DNA of 63,986 bases, counting the filler, from Sanchytrium tribonematis (Eukaryota): assembly GCA_018985235.1 (NCBI GenBank). It is 10 parts of 10 records of this genome, joined end to end, with 100 filler letters (N's around TTAATTAATTAA, not from the genome) between each part and the next. Parts side by side here need not be neighbours in the genome. Positions count along the whole stretch, not along the records: positions 45,292 to 51,597 come from JADGIG010000536.1; positions 51,698 to 57,948 come from JADGIG010000538.1; 8 more parts are not named here. One strand, written 5' to 3'. This document shows, in pieces, positions 45,292 through 56,642 of the stretch; within the stretch, counting starts at the first letter, position 1; the number at the start of each line of letters is the position of its first letter. A program made the translations under genes and the position numbers. Below the pieces are notes generated by a model. That model did not search any database. It had not been told where the DNA came from and worked only from the letters and a program-made list of their open reading frames with translations.

Positions 45292-46521
45292 CATTTGTAC
45301 CGTATCTCGAGAGGCATTAGTGGCAATTTCAAAACTTGTAACCTTTGTAATTTTTCCATTTTTAGAGTCTAAAACCCACGAAGATCCCATACCGAATTGG
45401 TTTCGCTTATTTAAATCTATTGCATCTCGATTGTACCACATTGCAGAGGTGTTGGAGTCTGGGAAAAAATTAGCCACTACATTAAGGTCATTGAGAACCT
45501 TAAGATAGCCGTTATAATACATCGATGGACCACCACTTAGGATCATAGCAACGTTCTTTTTTGATTTACAAGTTTTATATAAGTTAGTCTGAGTCGGAGC
45601 AGGCGGAATTACAAATCTTTTTGGAACAATTGGAATTTTACGGTCAGGTCTGGGACCAGCATAACGTTGCTGAACAGCTGAAGAACCAATACAGTCAGCC
45701 AAACTCACAAAATTATACTTTTTAAATTCTAAGTAATCTTTGATTTGAGACAATTTTTGCAAAAAATATCCATCATCTTTGGCAGACAAAATAATAGACT
45801 GCTTGCCTTGCGAATTTAACATGAGATTATCAAAAAGCGATTCGGAATCTGAGCCACCATTTGGATCTAAATTGATATTCACATTGGTTAATCCAAGATT
45901 ACTGGCTGCAGTTCTGTATGTATTATTTTGGGTACTAGATGGTAAAAATGCAAATGTGGTAGCGCCACTTACACCTTTAATAATATCTTGACCTTGTTTT
46001 ATCAAAGATTGAGCAATATCCAAAGTAATTTTCTTGGGTTCAACAAAGTCACTTTTTTGACCAATTTCAAAACCATTGTCTGTGATATACAAAAGATCAA
46101 GATCTACACTGGACGCATCCTGGTACATTAATGGGGAAACAAAAAATGAAGCTTTTAAACTTAACTCTTTCAAGGCATCGACGTATTGGATAATTCTAGT
46201 AGTGGTGTCTACCATGATATGAACTTGTTTTTTGTTTACACATTGTCTGATAACAGGAATATCTTGACAGTGAGCCGGACCGGTCCCACACCAACCATCT
46301 AAGGAACAACAATCAGAATTTTGAATACATTTACCATTTTTAGGTGAGCAAATTCCCCAGCATTGGCCGTAAAGGGGGTTGCACCCTTTCCCGATGTCGC
46401 AATGGGCCAAGTCATCTCCGCAAAATCCAAATTGACTACAGCAGCCATTATTGGGGCACGTACCGTCAGTCTGGCCGCAGCTACTTTGGCCAAATAGCAA
46501 AACTGAGAGCAAAAAGAACAT
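45292..46521 (-). CDS. Secreted protein with two hevein/CBM18 chitin-binding modules and tandem degenerate CE4 deacetylase-like domains, 3' truncated
   Basis: Signal peptide; CCSQFGFCG and CCSLDGWCG modules; C...K.V, KASFFV, GFEIG and YNFVSLADC CE4-like framework. Confidence 0.75.
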
Positions 46522-46682
46522 GTTTCAGATGGTGACGTCTTGTTTCGTTGAAACTTTTGCCATCTATCTTAAAAAGTGCAAAATTTGCTTTTGAAATTGG
46601 TTTCTATGAAAAAATTATATAAATTTTAGAATGTGAAAACTTTTGTCATGTTTTATTTTCAAGGATTTAACTTCGAAACGAT

Positions 46683-49253
46683 ATGGGATTTGTCAAGCAA
46701 CAACATTTTCGAGTATTCAAAGATATGCTTGTTACAGAATATAGACACCAAAATGACTGCAGACTACTTCATTTCAAACCTAATGAAGATCTGAATCAAA
46801 AAGGCTTGTTAATTAAACTTAATACGTATCCTGATGATAATACTGGTTTATTTCATATTTTAGAGCATGTTGTGCTATGCGGTAGCAAGAGATATCCAAT
46901 TAGAGACCCTTTTATGAAATTAGTCCAGCGAAACCTCGCTTATGAAATGAATGCTTGCACAGGAATGGATCTTACTTATTATTACGCTGTATCCGACCAT
47001 TACAAAGATATTAGGAATATTTATATGGATGCCCTTTTAAATGGGAATGTAAGCAAGTATGACTTCATGCAAGAAGGATGGTATTTTGACAAGGAGATAA
47101 AAGGCGTCGTATACAATGAAATGAAAGGAGCTATGAGTGATATTAATAGTTTTTATTACAGAGATCTATTTAAAAAATTGTTTCCAAAATCTTTGTACTC
47201 ATTTAATAGTGGTGGAGACCCTCTTGAGATTCCAAACCTAACATATGAGAAATTTCTTCGGAAATACAAACAATTTTATCATCCTAGCAACATGACGATA
47301 ATGGTGTACGGTAATTTAAATATTGAAACGGAGCTATCATGGTTCGATTCGCAGGTAACTGGATTCCAAAAGCAACAGCTTCCTGAATCGAAATTTCCTC
47401 ATTGTGTAGCAGCTGGATCTAGCCACTCTGTTGCCCCTTTGCAAAATAATTTGAAATTCAGCAGTGTTAATTATGATTTAGGAAATTTAGATCATTTTGA
47501 AAAATTCTGCATGATGGTGCTCGCAAAATACCTCCTACACTTAAATCAATCACCACTTTATCAATCGCTCATTGGACCAGTCGGAAATGCTTACACGCCT
47601 GGTACTGGTTTTCACGACTCACCTGTTAGCTGGTTTAGTGTTGGCGTGCAACATGATAATTTTCACAATATTAAACCTATTATTAGTCAATTAGTGAATC
47701 ACAAAATCGATATCACAATTGTCAGTAGCATTCTCAATCAGTATAAACTTCAGTATATGCACAACACACCTCATAGCGCTTCGGAATGGATGGAAGCTGC
47801 AATTTCGACACAGCATGATTACAAAGACTTATTACAAGTAGACAAATACATCGAAAGATTGGAAAAAGCTCCCGAAATTTTGCAAAGCTTTATGGCAAAA
47901 TTAATTACTGCGCCAATTCATGAGTATCGCTTAGAATCTAAATTCAAGGTGTTTGAGCCTATCAAGATCAATATAAATATGGATGGAGACATAAAGAAAT
48001 TAAAAGAGTATCAAAAGAAGGAAGACGATTTGTCTGTTTTGCCGACAACTGATCCATTATCCCTAGCCGTCCCCGACCTTCACAAATTGCATAAACAAGA
48101 TGAAGTCTACTGGAATCAAAGCAACACAGACTTGAATTATTATGCCCAATTATATGACTTGGGAATTTCTATTGACCTGGTCCCATATTTACCATTGTTT
48201 TGTTCTTCATTAACTAAATTAGACACTGAACATAAAAATGAAGATATGGCATTAAATGTGAGACGCTTTACTAGTGGTATCGCTATTTCTCCTATGATAA
48301 TTACTAATACGAGAGAAAATTCTAGTCTTTTAAAGCTTTATACTGCTTCATACACACACTCAAATATAAAAGAAATGACTGCCTTGTTAAATTCAACAAT
48401 ATTACGGGCAAAATTTGATAATGATCGAGCAAGAACAGAAATCAAAAAGCTTTTGCAAAGGTCTATTACTAACTTCAAAAATGGAATACCGCAAATGGGA
48501 CATATGTTTGCTTTAAAGCATTCAAATCAATTCTGTAGTGTAAGCGGTAAATTAGATGAATTTTTAACAGGGCTGTCTCAGTATCTATTCTTGCTTTCAC
48601 TCAATGAAGTTAGTGTGCAGGAAATATGCGATAAATTTGCTGAAATTCAAACAAATATTAAAATGGCTAAACTAAAACATTACATTGCTGGTAAAAATCG
48701 ATTCGAGACAACTAAAGGTGGTAGTCTGACTTCCAAATTGTTTGACAATACTATTTTGGAAACATATAAAAAAGTTCCCCTAAAGTTGGATTTGCCTGTC
48801 AACTATTTAGGACAGGCACAATATGTCGTTCCATATGAGGATAAGAAAAGTCCCATTATTGCGCTGATTAGCCGAGTAATGAATCCTTACCTGCATGTTG
48901 AAATCCGAGAAAAAGGTGGAGCTTATGGTGGGTCCAGCTCTTTCAATTCCCTATACGGTTTACTGGGATTCTATACTTATAGAGACCCAAATGTCAATTT
49001 TAAGCATTTTTCTGATGCTATTCAACAATTGAGTAAGATTGGTCAAAAAGATTTAGATCTTGCCAAATGGAGTCTCCTCAGAGACATGGATAAGCCTATT
49101 GCAATTAATAAGAAAGGGATGCAAGAATTTTTGTATAATATTACTTCTGTCAAAGAGAGACATAATCGTATAAAGATGGCCACAAAAGATGACTTATTGG
49201 AAGTTCAGCATGAACTTTTAAATCAAAAATCCTTCCAGACCATATTAAATTAA
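46683..49253 (+). CDS. CYM1: Mitochondrial presequence protease (M16C, PreP/Cym1)
   Basis: HILEHVVLCGS, GVVYNEMKG, SGGDP, EIREKGGAYGG and YRDP motifs. Confidence 0.93.
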   Translation: MGFVKQQHFRVFKDMLVTEYRHQNDCRLLHFKPNEDLNQKGLLIKLNTYPDDNTGLFHILEHVVLCGSKRYPIRDPFMKLVQRNLAYEMNACTGMDLTYYYAVSDHYKDIRNIYMDALLNGNVSKYDFMQEGWYFDKEIKGVVYNEMKGAMSDINSFYYRDLFKKLFPKSLYSFNSGGDPLEIPNLTYEKFLRKYKQFYHPSNMTIMVYGNLNIETELSWFDSQVTGFQKQQLPESKFPHCVAAGSSHSVAPLQNNLKFSSVNYDLGNLDHFEKFCMMVLAKYLLHLNQSPLYQSLIGPVGNAYTPGTGFHDSPVSWFSVGVQHDNFHNIKPIISQLVNHKIDITIVSSILNQYKLQYMHNTPHSASEWMEAAISTQHDYKDLLQVDKYIERLEKAPEILQSFMAKLITAPIHEYRLESKFKVFEPIKININMDGDIKKLKEYQKKEDDLSVLPTTDPLSLAVPDLHKLHKQDEVYWNQSNTDLNYYAQLYDLGISIDLVPYLPLFCSSLTKLDTEHKNEDMALNVRRFTSGIAISPMIITNTRENSSLLKLYTASYTHSNIKEMTALLNSTILRAKFDNDRARTEIKKLLQRSITNFKNGIPQMGHMFALKHSNQFCSVSGKLDEFLTGLSQYLFLLSLNEVSVQEICDKFAEIQTNIKMAKLKHYIAGKNRFETTKGGSLTSKLFDNTILETYKKVPLKLDLPVNYLGQAQYVVPYEDKKSPIIALISRVMNPYLHVEIREKGGAYGGSSSFNSLYGLLGFYTYRDPNVNFKHFSDAIQQLSKIGQKDLDLAKWSLLRDMDKPIAINKKGMQEFLYNITSVKERHNRIKMATKDDLLEVQHELLNQKSFQTILN

Positions 49254-50908
49254 ACTTTTGTTCTCCTTCGCAGTTTCTTTTCACTTATGCTGGGTTTAGA
49301 AAATATTTCGACGGAATCTTGCATATTTTGGGGTAAATTAGAAAGAAATAACTGTCTTTCATTTTTTGTTTTGAATCCATGATTGTATAATAAATTGACT
49401 AATCTTAAAAGTCTTTTCCTAGAAAATGGTACTTCATTAATAAATTCATTTAACCAATTTTTAACAATATCTGGATCTAATTTGGTAAGACCTTTCAAAT
49501 ACAAAAATGTCGCTGTTCCGATCATTAACTCATCTTCTGGATAAGTATTTACAATATATTCAAATATTAATTTAAGTGCCTCTCCTTTTGCTGGATATAT
49601 TGAAAGTTGATTTAAAGTATAATACCAAGCTGCACGATAATCTAGGATTTCATTAGCAATAATGGCTTTAATTCTTTCTTTAATAATATTTGAATTGTCT
49701 GATCGTTTTGCATGTCCAACAATGCAGCGAATAAAATATCGGATTTCTTTTTCAGTAGATTCTTTACAAATTTGAATGATTGAATCAGTTGTTGCATTTG
49801 AAAATCCAATCTTGAATGAAACTAATTTGTAATTATAGTCTAAAGCATCAAACTGCAAATCAATGTATCTCTGAGTCATGGACCTGGTTTTCATATCTGA
49901 TAACTTGCTGATATTACCCTGTAATGAAGAATAATACTCTTGAAACTTTTCGTAAATGGTGTGTATGTCGAGACCATTTCGCTTAAGCTGTAGACCATCC
50001 AAGCATTTTATAAGATTAGGGGACAAATACTGCACTCTTTCAATTGCATAGAAATATCCAATGGCATGCAGATAAGTACTGACATGTAAAGTTCTAGAGG
50101 AACTTATTAATTTTATGATAGTATCAAAACAAACAAATAAACACTCGACATATATTGGATTTTGTCGATAGTATAATCGATTTGCGATTGAAGCCATTAT
50201 TGTGGACCAAGATAGGATATGGAAGGCGATTTCATTCTCAGTCATTTGATTTAGCTGCAAGTTTGTACTTAATGAATCCAGAGTTCTAAAAACATTCAAC
50301 GGAATTGCTAGAAATTCCATCTGTATGTAATATTCCTGGGTATGATTGTGGTAGAAAGTTATAACATCTTTGAAGTGACCAGTTGGAATACAACTCACAT
50401 AGTACCTATAATAATAATTAACATCAAAAACAAAGTCGCGAGCTAGGTATTCTTTAACTAATTTAAGATTTCGTCCGTGGTCTTTATATACGTTATAATA
50501 GTGCTTGCTCTTTCGTAATTCAGAATCAGGGGTTTGATTTAACTTTTGCATTGTCAAATAAACGGATTTCTCATATAAATTTTCAGTCCATGATGTGCTT
50601 TTCATGGGATTTTTACAAAGCAGTTTAACGATTTCGCTGCGGAATCTTTTTGGACCTGCTAAATTTTGCAAATATCTTGGAAAATGTTTTTCATTTACGA
50701 GAATCTCAATCATCGCAATGGCGTCACTAATAAAATTTTCGGTTTGGTATATTATAAATTTTTTGCAGCAGTTGTCAATTAATCCATGCAATAAGTATTT
50801 GTTCCCAGATTCTTTTGCAAAATTCAATACAGTCTGGATCTCAATGCTTTTACAGTGACGAGCATAATTGAATCCTAGTGGGCGTTGAACTGACTTCAAA
50901 ACATTCAT
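49250..50908 (-). CDS. Hypothetical helical protein
   Basis: About 550-aa intact ORF. No family recognised. Confidence 0.65.
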   Translation of the reverse strand: MNVLKSVQRPLGFNYARHCKSIEIQTVLNFAKESGNKYLLHGLIDNCCKKFIIYQTENFISDAIAMIEILVNEKHFPRYLQNLAGPKRFRSEIVKLLCKNPMKSTSWTENLYEKSVYLTMQKLNQTPDSELRKSKHYYNVYKDHGRNLKLVKEYLARDFVFDVNYYYRYYVSCIPTGHFKDVITFYHNHTQEYYIQMEFLAIPLNVFRTLDSLSTNLQLNQMTENEIAFHILSWSTIMASIANRLYYRQNPIYVECLFVCFDTIIKLISSSRTLHVSTYLHAIGYFYAIERVQYLSPNLIKCLDGLQLKRNGLDIHTIYEKFQEYYSSLQGNISKLSDMKTRSMTQRYIDLQFDALDYNYKLVSFKIGFSNATTDSIIQICKESTEKEIRYFIRCIVGHAKRSDNSNIIKERIKAIIANEILDYRAAWYYTLNQLSIYPAKGEALKLIFEYIVNTYPEDELMIGTATFLYLKGLTKLDPDIVKNWLNEFINEVPFSRKRLLRLVNLLYNHGFKTKNERQLFLSNLPQNMQDSVEIFSKPSISEKKLRRRTKV

Positions 50909-51020
50909 TTGGAAACAAAACAAAGGAAGAAACGTATGGGAATTTGTTGTCAAAATTACCTGTCTATAAAAGCTACTTGTATTTCATAGAAAGCTTTAAA
51001 AATAACACCTGAAAATTTTA

Positions 51021-51326
51021 TTAATCCAAGCAAGAAGTTACAAATTCCAATTCATGATCTACATTGTCCTGGGTATCAGCTCCAATTTTATGGGTATATC
51101 CATTGTACAGCCCTTTTAAACAGACAGGGCAATCTAAGCATAAACAGTTCATGGCCTTATCGTAGTTACTTTTCTGAGACTTGCTTTTTCTTTTGAACAG
51201 CCATGAGAATGCAAGATGGTGTCCTAGTTTTAATCCAACACCAATCCTTTCTGATTCCCCATGTTCTGAAGGACTTTTGCAATTTTGCCTTGTCTGAGTG
51301 AGAGATTGGAAGATCTTGATGGTCAT
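51021..51326 (-). CDS. Small hypothetical protein with a CLCLDCPVC motif
   Basis: 101-aa ORF with an A-rich start context. Confidence 0.4.
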   Translation of the reverse strand: MTIKIFQSLTQTRQNCKSPSEHGESERIGVGLKLGHHLAFSWLFKRKSKSQKSNYDKAMNCLCLDCPVCLKGLYNGYTHKIGADTQDNVDHELEFVTSCLD

Positions 51327-51697
51327 TTTTGATATCGAATGAATTAAGTCGACTCGGGAACCTCCAAATTTATGCTAATTATATCCGAGAATGGGCCATT
51401 TAGACATCGGAATGTTGGCAATTTAGCGCCAACTCGAATTCAAATTAAAAGTTCTCCACTGTTTTGTTTTCTTGATGATTGATCAAAGCTTTACCACTGA
51501 ACAAAAATACAAAATAAAGCAAATTCGGCTGCTGCATCGCTCGATCAAGTTGAAGAGACTGAGAGCTGCTAAATCTGTTGCTCAAATGATTTATACTNNN
51601 NNNNNNNNNNNNNNNNNNNNNNNNNNNNNNNNNNNNNNNNNTTAATTAATTAANNNNNNNNNNNNNNNNNNNNNNNNNNNNNNNNNNNNNNNNNNNN

Positions 51698-52289
51698 CTT
51701 CTACAAAATCATGATTTCCAGATCTACTTATTACGACTGCGGATGCTACTGGTATCCCATCCACACTATCAGGTTTAAAACACAAATATCCATTAATTCC
51801 CATCCAAATTAGAATTCCAGCTAAATAAAGTACAAAAGAAGCCATGAAATATGCGGGTACATCCATTGAATTTGTCATTTTATTCACACAATAAATGGCA
51901 TTGTATAAATAATATGTGCCAACAGAATTGAAAAACAATCCAAGTAACATGGATATAATATATTCCATACTGTCAACAGGAACAATGGGATTCATTCGCT
52001 TCTTGAGTCTATGTGTTGTGTATAATTGATTGACAAATGAATGTGCTTCTTTTTGGATAATGAGTGGCAGATGTTCAATTGAGAAGTTATTTCGATGATT
52101 TGGGTGCTTTTTGGCATTTTGAATACGATTATTGATAAATTGAACCCATTTCTGTGTCATTGGATGCTTTAATAATTGATTCTTGATTTCACATGGAGAT
52201 ATGCCATGATTTGTATTAATAATGATGTATTGGACAATGACAGTGAGATCAGAAAGATGCGATGCAAATAGTATCATTGGCAACAACAT
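51698..52289 (-). CDS. Signal-peptide / KR-site / two-TM family member 1, 3' truncated
   Basis: MLLPMILFA...RLKKR followed by two hydrophobic helices. Confidence 0.65.
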
Positions 52290-52343
52290 GGTGTTTGATC
52301 CCTTGAGATTTTGATTGGGGGATGTTTAAATGAGATTTATTAA

Positions 52344-53024
52344 TCAAGGTTGTTCATTTTCAATATCTGCACCAACAACTGATGCTGCATCATCAATAGA
52401 TCTCATATCATATGCTTGTCGTGTAATGGGGACTACAGGTGCATCTGCTGCTTGATTTGTGTCTTGTACTTGTTCAACTGGTTCAATCGTTGGAGTAGCA
52501 CACATCATTGCAATTCCGAAAATCATGGTTGCAAGTGAACTTAAAATCACAAATGCTAATGCGATCATAGGTCCCCAATACTTCGCAGTATTTGTATGAT
52601 CATGGCAATAAACAGGATTATGTTGTGTTTCACATTCAGCTAAAGCTTGATTTAATTGTGAATCCAATTTAACACATCCATAAATGGCAATGGAAGTTAC
52701 AATGGCACTAATGACTGCAATAAATGCACCACATTTGGATATTTCTCGCTTGTCAAGAGTAGTCGGATTCATGATTTTCATTTGCATTGTTTGTGCTAGT
52801 TGCTTTACATTGGGTGGATATTTATCAATTTCATCTTGTATTTTTAGAGGAGACCAGCTACCATAGTGTTTCCAAAATGATGCAATAAAGTCATTTAATG
52901 TTAAATCTTTTAAAATTTGGCATATTGGTACACCAATTTCATACTTTTTGATAGCTTGCTTTAATGCACCACTATACAATGTGTATTTCATATTTAGCAA
53001 TCCAAATACAGCAACCAACAACAT
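52344..53024 (-). CDS. Signal-peptide / KR-site / two-TM family member 2
   Basis: MLLVAVFG...TLDKR, then TM, Cys loop, TM and an acidic tail. Confidence 0.7.
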   Translation of the reverse strand: MLLVAVFGLLNMKYTLYSGALKQAIKKYEIGVPICQILKDLTLNDFIASFWKHYGSWSPLKIQDEIDKYPPNVKQLAQTMQMKIMNPTTLDKREISKCGAFIAVISAIVTSIAIYGCVKLDSQLNQALAECETQHNPVYCHDHTNTAKYWGPMIALAFVILSSLATMIFGIAMMCATPTIEPVEQVQDTNQAADAPVVPITRQAYDMRSIDDAASVVGADIENEQP

Positions 53025-53079
53025 GTTTGAATAGGAGTCATCCCCTTGAGAAGCAATTTCAATTTCTTTTTTGAAACAC

Positions 53080-54420
53080 ATGGGCCAATCCATTTCAGTC
53101 AATCAACTCAAATCATTCCAAATATTAAACATTTTACCCAATTCACCAGCACATGATATTCATTTAATCCCTTATTTTGATTATATCATCCAAATTAACC
53201 ATCAATTCATATCTCCCACAAATGCCACCCAATTACTCCAATTAATCAGTCAAACAGGTTCCTATAATTCCCAATTATCCAATCCATCTAAAGATCAATT
53301 AAAATCACTACAATTAACCATTTACAACTCCAAATCACTTTTAATCTCACATAAATCCATTTATCCCATTCAATGGAATAATGATCAAAGTGGATTTTTG
53401 GGATGTAATATCAGATTAAGTCATTTTCATCAATCTCATCAATATATATACCATATTTTATCGATTATTCCCAATTCTCCAGCACATTTATCCAAATTAC
53501 AATCTAATTCATATATTATTGGATCTCCTGATGGGCATTATAATGAAGATTATTCATTTTATGATCATTGTCAAGATTGTGCTAATAATCATAAATTATT
53601 GAATATTTGGGTGTATACGCCTCCAAATGACAATAATAGACATTTAAATGAAAATGAATCAGAAGTATTGAGCCATGTCAGATTAGTGAGTGTGCAAGTG
53701 AATTATGAGTGGGGTGGACAAGGCTGTTTAGGGGCAGATGTGGGATATGGCTTATTACATCGATTAACAGAAGAAGAACCTGATTTTGATGCATTGTTAC
53801 AAGATACGCAAGAACAAAATGAGCCATTATTAAAAGAACAACCATCAGAGCCACCTATGCAGAATAGAAATGAATCTACTGTATATGATCCAACCAGTGA
53901 ATTATTTAGTAAAATAAAGGGAGAATCACAAAATGTGCCATTGGAACCCGTGCAGCCAATGCAGAAACCACAACCAGTTGAGAAGCCAATTGAGAAACCA
54001 ATTGAGAAACCACAGCCAGTGCAACCAATTGAGAAACCGCAGCCAGTACAGACACCTGTAGCCATTCCTAAACCAGTTCAAAGACCACCAGTACAACAAC
54101 AGCCCATGCAGAAATTACCTGCACAAATGCCTGTAGAACTACCACAACCAGTGCAGCCAGTTGAACCAGTGCAGCAACCTGCTCCACAGAAACCTGCTCC
54201 AGTTGCTCAGCCAATTCAAAGACCCCCAGTTCAAAAACCTGCTCAACATCCCGTACAGCAACCACCTGCTCAACAACCCGTACAATCACAAGACAATACA
54301 GAATCAGATCCATGGTCTACTCAAAATACATCTACTCAAAAAGATACAAGTGAATTATTTAATGAATTAAATGCACCATTAGAAGATGAATTGGCAGCAT
54401 TATTAAATGAGAAATTGTAA
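53080..54420 (+). CDS. GRH1: GRASP55/65 (Grh1) Golgi stacking protein with P/Q-rich tail
   Basis: MGQ N-terminus, two PNSPA PDZ-like units and WGGQGCLGADVGYGLLHR. Confidence 0.9.
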   Translation: MGQSISVNQLKSFQILNILPNSPAHDIHLIPYFDYIIQINHQFISPTNATQLLQLISQTGSYNSQLSNPSKDQLKSLQLTIYNSKSLLISHKSIYPIQWNNDQSGFLGCNIRLSHFHQSHQYIYHILSIIPNSPAHLSKLQSNSYIIGSPDGHYNEDYSFYDHCQDCANNHKLLNIWVYTPPNDNNRHLNENESEVLSHVRLVSVQVNYEWGGQGCLGADVGYGLLHRLTEEEPDFDALLQDTQEQNEPLLKEQPSEPPMQNRNESTVYDPTSELFSKIKGESQNVPLEPVQPMQKPQPVEKPIEKPIEKPQPVQPIEKPQPVQTPVAIPKPVQRPPVQQQPMQKLPAQMPVELPQPVQPVEPVQQPAPQKPAPVAQPIQRPPVQKPAQHPVQQPPAQQPVQSQDNTESDPWSTQNTSTQKDTSELFNELNAPLEDELAALLNEKL

Positions 54421-54505
54421 TAAATATTGGATTTTGATGGATACATTCTTATCAGTTCTTATCAAATTCTCTCTAAAACTTCAAAAATGACCTCCTTGAT
54501 ACAAA

Positions 54506-55462
54506 ATGAAAGTTGTCATAACAGGTGGCGCAGGTCAAATTGCTTACTCACTCGTCTCCCATTTACTAGATGGATCCATCTTTAAAGAACCCATTGATCT
54601 GTACTTGTTAGAGATAGAACCAGCTATGACGGCATTACAAGGTGTGATTATGGAACTGTATGATGCGAATTTATCATTTAAATCCATTGTAGGGACTAGT
54701 AATGCAGTAGAAGCATTTAAAGATGCTGATTATGCTATTTTAGTAGGTGCATTCCCACGTAAACAAGGTATGGATCGCAAAGATTTATTGAAAGCAAATG
54801 TCAATATTTTTAAGCAACAGGGAGAAGCATTAAATCATGCAAATCCAAGTTGTAAAGTGATTGTAGTGGGTAATCCAGCCAATACAAATGCATATATTGC
54901 ATCGCATTACTGTTCCAAGTTGCCTAAATCTGCATTTACAGCATTGACCAAATTGGATGAAAATCGATTAAAGATCCAATTGGCATTGCATTTAAAATGT
55001 CCTGTGAATGAAATTGAGAATTGCTTTATTTATGGCAATCATTCAAACACACAAGTCCCTGATTTATTCAATGCGACTGTCAATGGCACCTCCATTTCTA
55101 AAATGAACAAATCTCTTAATACTGAGGATGTAGATCGTATTTTGGATATTGTAGTCAATCGTGGTGCTGCTATTATCAAAGCACGTCAATTGAGTAGTGC
55201 ATTAAGTGCTGCAAGAGCCATTGCAGATCATTTAAAATCATTACATTGTGGCACCAATGGTAAATTGATTTCTATGGGTATTTATACTGAGAATGTCAAA
55301 GGAGTGCCTGATGGATTGGTATTTAGTGTGCCATGTCGTGTAGAACAAGGTAAAATCATTGCAAATGAAATTCAATTGCATGATAGTTTGAAGGAGAGAT
55401 TTCAAAAAACAATTGCAGAATTAAGTGAAGAAAAAGAAGAAGCATTAAAGCACGTTCAATAA
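54506..55462 (+). CDS. Malate dehydrogenase, cytosolic (MDH1-type) family
   Basis: ITGGAGQIAYS, VGAFPRKQGMDRKDLL, VVGNPANTN, GNHSNTQVPD and SSALSAA motifs. Confidence 0.95.
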   Translation: MKVVITGGAGQIAYSLVSHLLDGSIFKEPIDLYLLEIEPAMTALQGVIMELYDANLSFKSIVGTSNAVEAFKDADYAILVGAFPRKQGMDRKDLLKANVNIFKQQGEALNHANPSCKVIVVGNPANTNAYIASHYCSKLPKSAFTALTKLDENRLKIQLALHLKCPVNEIENCFIYGNHSNTQVPDLFNATVNGTSISKMNKSLNTEDVDRILDIVVNRGAAIIKARQLSSALSAARAIADHLKSLHCGTNGKLISMGIYTENVKGVPDGLVFSVPCRVEQGKIIANEIQLHDSLKERFQKTIAELSEEKEEALKHVQ

Positions 55463-55557
55463 ATCAATCAATTGGAATGATTTTGAATCTAATAGGAGAC
55501 AATCAGAGACATGATAAGCTCCATAGACTCTTTAGCATTGGGGAGAAAGGATCAAAC

Positions 55558-56184
55558 ATGAAATTGATTCTTTTGACAATTGCATTTGGAATGATGACAG
55601 TTGGGCAATTGCAAAAGCAGATATTGGGCATATTGCAGACTTGCCCATCAGAAAGAGAAAGTCGAGCAATGTATGATTTAATATTAGCATCTCAAAATGA
55701 CAATGGAGATAGATGCAGTCTACTGTCTAATCATCCACTTGCGTTTCAATTTTTAAATATTAAGAGTCGAGAATTAAGTCCTTTATTGAAAGAGTTTCGT
55801 GATCGTGGTGGATCAATTGATGATTTATTGGAAAATGTCGAGCACAACAAGTGTAAAAATAGTAGACTTCAAAAGAGAAATAAAAGAAAAGGATCGCTTT
55901 TAGGTGCCGCATGCCTAGGAGCAGCTACTATTGCCAGTGTATGTACTTGGTGGGCAGTTGAACTTGATAAAAGAGTTGAGTGTGATCCTGGGCATACAGA
56001 AATGCCAAAAGGTTGTCTAGCAGATAAAAATCAACAATATGGATTGGCTTTAGGTATGGCCATAACGTTCTATGCAGTTGCTGCAGCATTAGGATTTTGT
56101 ACTTCTGTATCGTGTTATAATAATAATTCTGCGGGGGAAACTGATAATGTTAGTGAAAATGTTGGTCCAAACAATGTAAAATAA
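55558..56184 (+). CDS. Signal-peptide / KR-site / two-TM family member 3
   Basis: MKLILLTIAFG...RLQKR, then TM, C..C loop and TM. Confidence 0.7.
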   Translation: MKLILLTIAFGMMTVGQLQKQILGILQTCPSERESRAMYDLILASQNDNGDRCSLLSNHPLAFQFLNIKSRELSPLLKEFRDRGGSIDDLLENVEHNKCKNSRLQKRNKRKGSLLGAACLGAATIASVCTWWAVELDKRVECDPGHTEMPKGCLADKNQQYGLALGMAITFYAVAAALGFCTSVSCYNNNSAGETDNVSENVGPNNVK

Positions 56185-56220
56185 ATGCTTGTGTAGCAAT
56201 GAGCTTTAATCTATTCTGAA

Positions 56221-56520
56221 AGATTAAAAAAAGAGAAATATTGGTCGTGGCTAACTCACTGGATTCATTAGTGTTGTTTCAATTATAGGTGGTGTTATTC
56301 TTTCTATTATGATTCAAAATAATGATTTACCTGTTTGTCATCCAGATCAATCACCAGACACGAGTCATTGTATTTATTAGTTAGTGAAATTGGATATTTA
56401 TTACATTATTCATATTCGGGGGAATAATGGAAGTAGATATTGGCTGTTGCGACTGTACTAGTGTTGATACAATTAATCAAGAATCCAATTTTCTACCCAC
56501 AGTAGAAAGTGCTTAGATAA
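56221..56520 (+). pseudogene. Decayed C-terminal fragment of the same two-TM family
   Basis: Reads KRNIGRG*LTGFISVVSIIGGVIL...VCHPDQSPDTSHCIY*, with in-frame stops. Confidence 0.55.
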
Positions 56521-56642
56521 ATCACATGAAAATGCAATTTGGGGATGATTCATGACAATTCATGTCTCGATCTTGAAATCGTGTCAGTGATTATGCTACA
56601 GAGTTAAATTAGGGGCGTGATGATTAAATTTGAGGAGTCAAT

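Noticed and set aside
53703..54370. Antisense and alternate-frame ORFs in the GRH1 tail
   Set aside because: They are by-products of the P/Q-rich repeat.
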